Of a stretch of DNA of 64,000 nucleotides, positions 58,259 through 64,000 are shown piece by piece (within the stretch, counting starts at the first letter, position 1; the number at the start of each line of letters is the position of its first letter). The DNA lies in the IMG/VR virus record IMGVR_UViG_3300028549_000507, positions 136,252-200,251 of that record; one strand, 5' to 3'. The position numbers and the translations under genes are program-made. A model generated the notes under the pieces. That model was not told the origin of the DNA and made no database searches. It worked only from the letters and a program-made list of their open reading frames with translations. The DNA comes from a virus. Lineage: Duplodnaviria; Caudoviricetes.

Positions 58259-61200
58259 TTATAATCCTAAGAATTCTTTAGCAATTGCTTTAGATCTCTC
58301 CACTAAACAGTGAGCTAATACGCCCTGCATCAATGGAGAATAACACATACGAGCAGAAAGAGATCCTAATCCCATAACTCCATCCAAAATAACCCCATCT
58401 TCAGTCATAGGTTCACTACCTTCTGGTATAACCTGTGCTACAACGGATTTAATCTGTGCGGAGAATGTCATTTTATCACCAACACCCATACCTGTTTCAT
58501 GAGCTATATAATACTCAATTAAAACTCCACCTTCACCACTAATAATAGCCCCATTTATTCTAGCATCTCTACCAGCTTGAATAGGTTTAGTAGGTTTAAT
58601 CATCATTTCATGATTTTTACTCTCTACACCATTGGCTTTAGCGAATTTTAATTTAGCTTTAGTAGATTTAGACCAATTATCAATGAATTTAAATAATGAA
58701 TCACTATATTCTTCCAAAGGTCTTGTGAAATATACCTTAATGTCAACGATTTCTCCTGTAGCATTTGCTTTAGGGGATTGTTTAGCCATCGCAAGTATCT
58801 CTTCACTAACATCTCCGAGAGAGTTCATCAATTCATTAGTAGCATCATCACCAGAATCTTCAAATATAATAAGAGAATCACCTTTTAATACGTGATCTCC
58901 GATATTTTTATATGATATTAAGTTTGCATCTTTAGATAACGATATTTGTTTTCTCAAAACTACTGTTGTAGTAAGTTTCTCACCAAACCTAGAAGTTATT
59001 ACAGAACTATCTTCTTCAGTAGAAGATTTTTCATGCAATGCTAATTTAGCAAGTACACTTTGAGAACCTCTAACATTACCAAATACATCCTTTTTATAGA
59101 ATTCTGCTTCATACGCGAGTATGTCACCAGCTTTAAACTTCTGATTAAGCTTAACATTCAATACCAACTCATGTTGGAAGAATATTGCGCTATTTCGTAT
59201 AAGCTTTTTACCGAATTCTAGAATAGTCTTAGTTCCATCATCATGTCTCAATATTGCTATATTTTTAGCCATATCAACAGATTCAACTACTCCATCTTTC
59301 TTAGCCTTTGGTACATATGAATTACCAACCATAAATGCAGAAGTCTTTTCGATTCCTGATCCTATGACTGGAGATGTTGCACCTCTAACCTTGATAATGT
59401 GTTTAGTTTGTCCTGATACGAAACCGATACGTTTTGGGTCATCATGGTAGTTTGCAAATGGAGCATCTGCTTCTTCCGGAGAAGCCATCTGTCCTAATCC
59501 CATTTTATTAGCTTCATCCGAATTTTTACAAGTTTTAAGATATCCTCTTGTACTCATAATATTTGGATTAGTTGTTATCTGTTTAACGATACCGACCCCA
59601 CCATTATCAACGGAACTTATCGCAATAATACCAATAGCACTCTTACCATATGCTCTCTTTTCAAGAGTAAATACTCTATCATTATTAACACCACCGGGAC
59701 CTTTGAATGTAACAATTGATTTAGTTTTCAATTCATTCATCGGATTGGTATCGTCATGGTTTTCAAGAATGAATGATTTATGTAATCCGACCATTACTTG
59801 ATCTTGTTGTAACGAGATTCTACCAGTACCAGCACTGTTTTGCTTATATAATCTATACTGAGAAGCCATTGCCTTGTATAGTATCACAGAAATATTTTCA
59901 TATCCTCTGATACGATAGTTACTAAGGTCTGTTTCACTAGTATAACTATTATCCGCTAACAATGAGTTTGCATATAGGAATAATTCCAAGAAATCCGTAG
60001 GTAGATCTAAGTCTCTAAGAACTTCTTCTGTAATCTTATCAATGAATAGGTCTTTAAACGCAGTATGACCTTTATATACGTTTCTACTTTTCGCGATGCT
60101 AAAGAAGTATTCGATATAAGGTTTTTCTGTATCAAAGTCTGCTATAGAGTAATCTTCACAATTCATATATGAAAGACCATTCATAAGTAGAGAAGCCGCA
60201 ATATTAGTATCTTTATAATAAAGATACCCGTCTTTAAACTTCACATATAATCTATGATCATTTCTAAGTCTAACATCCGAGAATTCTACAGGAATCTTTT
60301 CAGTATTAATTACCTTAGTCAATGTATATAAACCACCAAGGAATGCAATAGTAGCATAGTCTCTACTTTGTAATTCTAATTTAGAATACATTCTTCTTTT
60401 AGACAATACATATGAATCTACAAGATTATAGATATCTTCTACAACGTTAAACTCATCGATCATATCGAAGATCGTTTCCGTTACACTTTTACCATCACCT
60501 TTAAGACTGATAGTTATAACTGTATTGGTTTTCCAATTTATACCGATAGGAAGTTGGTCTTCCTGAATCTTATATGTTGGAAATTTCTCTTCAATAGTCT
60601 TTCTAAGTTCATCTTGTGAGAATGTTATCTCACAATTATTAGGTTTATTACCACCGATAATAAATCTATGGTACTTAGCTGAGAATACGTCATATTCGAT
60701 ATTTGTTAGGTACTTTGAGTTACTTTTCTCATTACTACCTTTAAAACTCTTAAACTTATCATTAGCACTAAGTTCTCTATTGAGAAGCTTCAGTAAAGAA
60801 GATACGCCTTTTGTTATAACGTCTCCATGTCTAAACATGAAACATTTGTTATAGTTAGATGATATCATTACTAAATCAGGTTTAGTTTTTACGATAGGAA
60901 GTAATGTTAATTGTTTTTTCAAAACTTTTCTATTACCACCAATAAAAAGGAAACCATCTTCATCAACTTTAGGGATATCAACTTTAATATGGTGAGTCTT
61001 ATCTTTATCATCCACAAACTTAAATGTATAGGTAAATTTACCAGTAATAAGGTCAGATGTATCTTCTTTAACCATATCAACGAGGTGTAGATTAATACTC
61101 TTATCATTTGCAAATGAAACCATAGTATTGATAATATCATATTCCATAGTTTTACTTACATATGAATTTTCCATATCAACAAGAGATGATCCTTTTATAG

Positions 61201-62683
61201 ATTTATCCATAACTTTGATATTAGGTATAAAGTTATCAATTTCTCTAACCTTTTTATCTGCAAGTATCTGCTCGATAGATCGCCCATCTACAACTATACT
61301 TTTATATTTATCTTTTATAAGATTCAATCGTTTGATTTGTGCTTCGGTTTTGGTAGGTTTGTTATCTCGTTCAATAGTCGCAATGAGATCTTTTATATCA
61401 TTCGCACTATTATCGATATTACCTTCTCCATCTTCCGGATCAAGCATATCCGTATCGATTTCATCTTCCTCTTCTTCTTCTGGAATATCGTCGATAATAT
61501 CATCCTCGATAATATCTTCAACTATTTCATCTTCATCATCGTCGAATTCAATAGTATCATCCGGATCTTCTACTTTAGACATCTTCATCAATTTAGCATC
61601 TAATGGATTATTTTTAGATAATTCTAGAGGTCTATCGCTATTTACAAGAGTATCTATAACATCATCGAGTTCTTTATCTTCTGAAAGAATATCCTGGTGT
61701 AGATCATTATTACTTAGGATAACTTCATCTTCCTCAAGGATATCGAATTCGGAGTTATCAATCTGTGAGTCATTCATTGATGTAAGAGCTTTGTACATCA
61801 TTCTCAAACGAGTTATAAGTGTTGTACCCTTATAGTTTGCTAATTCAGGATCGTCCATTGTATTTATAATGAACCCTAAACCAGTATCATTATAAAAAAC
61901 AAAAGTAAGATCTTTAATAAGATTATATAATTCCAATTCTTTAGAATACTCTTTTATATTAAGCTTTCCACAAATAATGGATCTAAGTATATGCAATGGT
62001 ATAAAATTATCAAGATTAACTTTAGTAGTTCTTAATATATTTAATGTAGGATCGACGAATTTTGTCAAGTTTGAAGACTTTCCGCTTATTCTTATTCCAA
62101 CAATAATCTTATCATGCATAGGCTTAATTGTACCATCATACATAGCCATATCACATTTAATAACTTCACTTTTACTAGGATTATTATCTTCTACTATAAA
62201 TCTAAGCCATTGTTCAATGAATGATTCGATGTGTTTATATGCTCTAGATGTATTCCATTTCATTGTATCGTTGAAACTTGGGAATAACATATTTAGAATT
62301 TCTGTATGGTCATATATGAAATTCTTCTTAACTCTTTTTCTAAATGTACTAGTTTTAGCACGAAGAGCTGGGAGAATTATCGACATGTCCTTAGTTTCTG
62401 TATTCTTCAAGATTAGTGATTTTCTTAAAAAAAGAAATTCTCTAATCTTATAATACTTTGGAGACCAATAACTAAAAACTTTTCTACCATAAGTATAACC
62501 AAGTATAGTTTTAATCCCCTCAGCAATGTCTTCAGGAGTTCTTTCGAATGGGAATGTTATACCCACATCCAGATTACTAGTAAGCTTTAGTCCATCTTTA
62601 TAGCTATCTTTATTCTTAAGCCTTCTAAGTCGTAAGCTCTTAAAGATTGGCTGAATAGCGCCCTTAGTAGTTATGGTTGACAT
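58259..62683 (-). CDS. rpoB: Phage RNA polymerase beta subunit, virion type (phiKZ gp178-like), with long N-terminal extension
   Basis: LFIGGNRKVLKKQL, TFKGPGG, HDDPKRIGFVSGQTKH, EDSSVIT, VGDKMTFSAQIKSVV and DGVMGLGSLSARM match beta regions; late-type promoter. Confidence 0.9.
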   Translation of the reverse strand: MSTITTKGAIQPIFKSLRLRRLKNKDSYKDGLKLTSNLDVGITFPFERTPEDIAEGIKTILGYTYGRKVFSYWSPKYYKIREFLFLRKSLILKNTETKDMSIILPALRAKTSTFRKRVKKNFIYDHTEILNMLFPSFNDTMKWNTSRAYKHIESFIEQWLRFIVEDNNPSKSEVIKCDMAMYDGTIKPMHDKIIVGIRISGKSSNLTKFVDPTLNILRTTKVNLDNFIPLHILRSIICGKLNIKEYSKELELYNLIKDLTFVFYNDTGLGFIINTMDDPELANYKGTTLITRLRMMYKALTSMNDSQIDNSEFDILEEDEVILSNNDLHQDILSEDKELDDVIDTLVNSDRPLELSKNNPLDAKLMKMSKVEDPDDTIEFDDDEDEIVEDIIEDDIIDDIPEEEEEDEIDTDMLDPEDGEGNIDNSANDIKDLIATIERDNKPTKTEAQIKRLNLIKDKYKSIVVDGRSIEQILADKKVREIDNFIPNIKVMDKSIKGSSLVDMENSYVSKTMEYDIINTMVSFANDKSINLHLVDMVKEDTSDLITGKFTYTFKFVDDKDKTHHIKVDIPKVDEDGFLFIGGNRKVLKKQLTLLPIVKTKPDLVMISSNYNKCFMFRHGDVITKGVSSLLKLLNRELSANDKFKSFKGSNEKSNSKYLTNIEYDVFSAKYHRFIIGGNKPNNCEITFSQDELRKTIEEKFPTYKIQEDQLPIGINWKTNTVITISLKGDGKSVTETIFDMIDEFNVVEDIYNLVDSYVLSKRRMYSKLELQSRDYATIAFLGGLYTLTKVINTEKIPVEFSDVRLRNDHRLYVKFKDGYLYYKDTNIAASLLMNGLSYMNCEDYSIADFDTEKPYIEYFFSIAKSRNVYKGHTAFKDLFIDKITEEVLRDLDLPTDFLELFLYANSLLADNSYTSETDLSNYRIRGYENISVILYKAMASQYRLYKQNSAGTGRISLQQDQVMVGLHKSFILENHDDTNPMNELKTKSIVTFKGPGGVNNDRVFTLEKRAYGKSAIGIIAISSVDNGGVGIVKQITTNPNIMSTRGYLKTCKNSDEANKMGLGQMASPEEADAPFANYHDDPKRIGFVSGQTKHIIKVRGATSPVIGSGIEKTSAFMVGNSYVPKAKKDGVVESVDMAKNIAILRHDDGTKTILEFGKKLIRNSAIFFQHELVLNVKLNQKFKAGDILAYEAEFYKKDVFGNVRGSQSVLAKLALHEKSSTEEDSSVITSRFGEKLTTTVVLRKQISLSKDANLISYKNIGDHVLKGDSLIIFEDSGDDATNELMNSLGDVSEEILAMAKQSPKANATGEIVDIKVYFTRPLEEYSDSLFKFIDNWSKSTKAKLKFAKANGVESKNHEMMIKPTKPIQAGRDARINGAIISGEGGVLIEYYIAHETGMGVGDKMTFSAQIKSVVAQVIPEGSEPMTEDGVILDGVMGLGSLSARMCYSPLMQGVLAHCLVERSKAIAKEFLGL

Positions 62684-62711
62684 ATTTGTACCTTTCCTAT
62701 AAATTCATTTT

Positions 62712-62723
62712 CATTAGGATGTC
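62712..62723 (-). promoter_or_regulatory. Late-type promoter motif
   Basis: GACA TCCTAA TG. Confidence 0.55.
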
Positions 62724-62740
62724 CTTTAATGAAAAAAAAA

Positions 62741-62760
62741 GAAGAGGGTTACCCCTCTTC
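62741..62760 (-). terminator. Intrinsic terminator (GTAA loop on minus strand) overlapping a stop codon
   Basis: GAAGAGGG-TTAC-CCCTCTTC followed by T9. Confidence 0.85.
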
Positions 62761-63012
62761 TTCATCCCCATTGTCAACCGGAACTGTTAGTAACCATCCC
62801 TTATCAACACACAGTTTGATAAAATGATACTGGTCGCCAATTTGGGCTGACACGTGATACATCTCCTCAGGAGTGTACACTGTTCCATTCTTAGGGGATG
62901 GGCACCCCGTCATATCCGGGAGGAGACTAATCTCCCCCTCAGACAGACTCATCATCTGGTGGATCAGTGTCGCTTCCGACATGCTGGTCCACTCTTCTCG
63001 ATATTTGATCAT
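62749..63012 (-). CDS. Small hypothetical protein
   Basis: MIKYREEW... after AAAGGA RBS (track start 63081). Confidence 0.7.
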   Translation of the reverse strand: MIKYREEWTSMSEATLIHQMMSLSEGEISLLPDMTGCPSPKNGTVYTPEEMYHVSAQIGDQYHFIKLCVDKGWLLTVPVDNGDEEEG

Positions 63013-63135
63013 ATTATATCCTTTAAAAAAAGTGATATTAGGAGGGGAATACTCGCTGCTACGAGTATTTAAATTCCCCAAATTAGTCTAGCTACAGCCA
63101 ACCAGTCAACGACTCCGATTGCTATCCCGAAAGAA

Positions 63136-63543
63136 TCACTCCTCATGAACGAGAGCGTGAGTCGCCCAGAATGATTCAGGATTTGCCTGAACCCATTCTT
63201 GACATTCTTCAACGCTCCACTCAGGTTGGAAAGGTTCCATATCGGCTACTACTCTACCGAAGTAGGCTGTAGCCAATACGATTGAACCTTCATGAGGAAC
63301 TTCTATCGTAACAATCTTATTTGTTACAACAGGAGAAACCCCATGTACCATCCGAGAAAAGTTCCCGCGCGGACCACGTTTAGCCCAGTAGATATCGCTA
63401 TCTGCCGACGTGGTCACACAGTGATCAAGTCCTTCGAAATTACTTTCGAGAACTTGGATCTTGAACTCTTCAGAAGCAGGAAGGCTTTCCAACCACTGAG
63501 AAGTGATTCCTGCATGAATATGACTCTCGTCAATAAGCTTCAT
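63136..63543 (-). CDS. Conserved-looking phage hypothetical protein
   Basis: IYWAKRGPRGNFSR...LATAYFG...FWATHAL; start at MKLIDES after GAAAGGA (track start 63564). Confidence 0.75.
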   Translation of the reverse strand: MKLIDESHIHAGITSQWLESLPASEEFKIQVLESNFEGLDHCVTTSADSDIYWAKRGPRGNFSRMVHGVSPVVTNKIVTIEVPHEGSIVLATAYFGRVVADMEPFQPEWSVEECQEWVQANPESFWATHALVHEE

Positions 63544-63659
63544 GCTGAATCCTTTCTTAAACATTTTGTATAGATTTACGGAGGGTTATCCGACTACACG
63601 ATCCTGTTAACTACCCTAATGAATATTCGTTAGATATTCATTCCCCTGGACACCCGACG

Positions 63660-63956
63660 TTACCACTTAGGGGTAACATCGTATGTTGGGGCCGACGAAA
63701 GCCCCCATTCCTCGAGGATTTTACTCCACTTGGAATCCTCCGGAGAGGAATCTTCATCGTCAATAACTTCTTTCACCGAAATGGAAGAGTCTGATACATC
63801 CCACACATACGTGTGGTAGTCGTCCTCATTTATGAGGACGAATGGACAGCTATCGTTTGCCACGATAACTGTCGTGTTGCCGAAGTCATCACACACTACT
63901 ACTGTCCAATTCGAGATGGTTCCGATAACAGTTGAAGGAACAGTCACTTTAATCAT
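63660..63956 (-). CDS. Small acidic hypothetical protein
   Basis: 98 aa, AGGAG RBS. Confidence 0.75.
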   Translation of the reverse strand: MIKVTVPSTVIGTISNWTVVVCDDFGNTTVIVANDSCPFVLINEDDYHTYVWDVSDSSISVKEVIDDEDSSPEDSKWSKILEEWGLSSAPTYDVTPKW

Positions 63957-64000
63957 AATGAACTCCTAGAAGAAAATATTGTACCATAGAAAAACTTGTA

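Noticed and set aside
449-62453. Numerous short antisense or alternate-frame ORFs in the track (e.g. 13514-14206, 26765-27289, 61128-61835)
   Set aside because: Fully nested opposite longer, motif-bearing genes; low-complexity shadows without RBS
314-62683. Group I introns or inteins in the RNAP and DnaB genes, which are common in AR9
   Set aside because: Motifs are collinear in single ORFs; no intein C/HN termini or LAGLIDADG blocks noticed
63085-63114. Sigma70 promoter (TTGACT ... TAGACT)
   Set aside because: Spacer is only 13 nt, and the second copy lacks a -10 box
1-64000. CRISPR array, DGR or retron
   Set aside because: No regularly spaced repeat-spacer array and no reverse transcriptase or Cas motifs seen
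1-64000. Stop-codon reassignment
   Set aside because: Long genes are intact under the standard code and end in TAA, TAG or TGA

Overview
The window is an AT-rich segment of a phiKZ/AR9-related jumbo phage genome, mostly minus-strand, read with the standard genetic code. Family assignments come from recognising motifs by eye, with no database search. It encodes three split multisubunit RNA polymerase pieces: a non-virion-type beta' N half (314-2101), a non-virion-type beta N part (16476-17993) and a virion-type beta (58259-62683). It also carries a phiKZ-type DnaB helicase, divergent DHFR and dNMP kinase genes, inner-head proteins with protease-cleavable propeptides, a tandem-zincin protein that looks like a polyprotein, and a large tail/fibre region (about 18-49.7 kb). 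A small accessory cluster holds tRNA-Arg(UCU), a CAU-anticodon tRNA, a tRNA remnant, an HNH endonuclease and a nuclease with a signal peptide. Two promoter classes are visible: a late-type (A/G)ACA-N6-T(G/A) motif matching the AR9 non-virion RNAP consensus, and an AT-rich early-type TATATATAAT motif. A family of GAGGG-GNRA-CCCTC terminators is also present. The most interesting observations are two adjacent proteins with FG/MG/Q-rich prion-like tails beside the nvRNAP beta' gene, a stand-alone structured ncRNA candidate of about 215 nt (56975-57188), the two-domain zincin polyprotein, and a short motif conserved in two intergenic regions near 63 kb.
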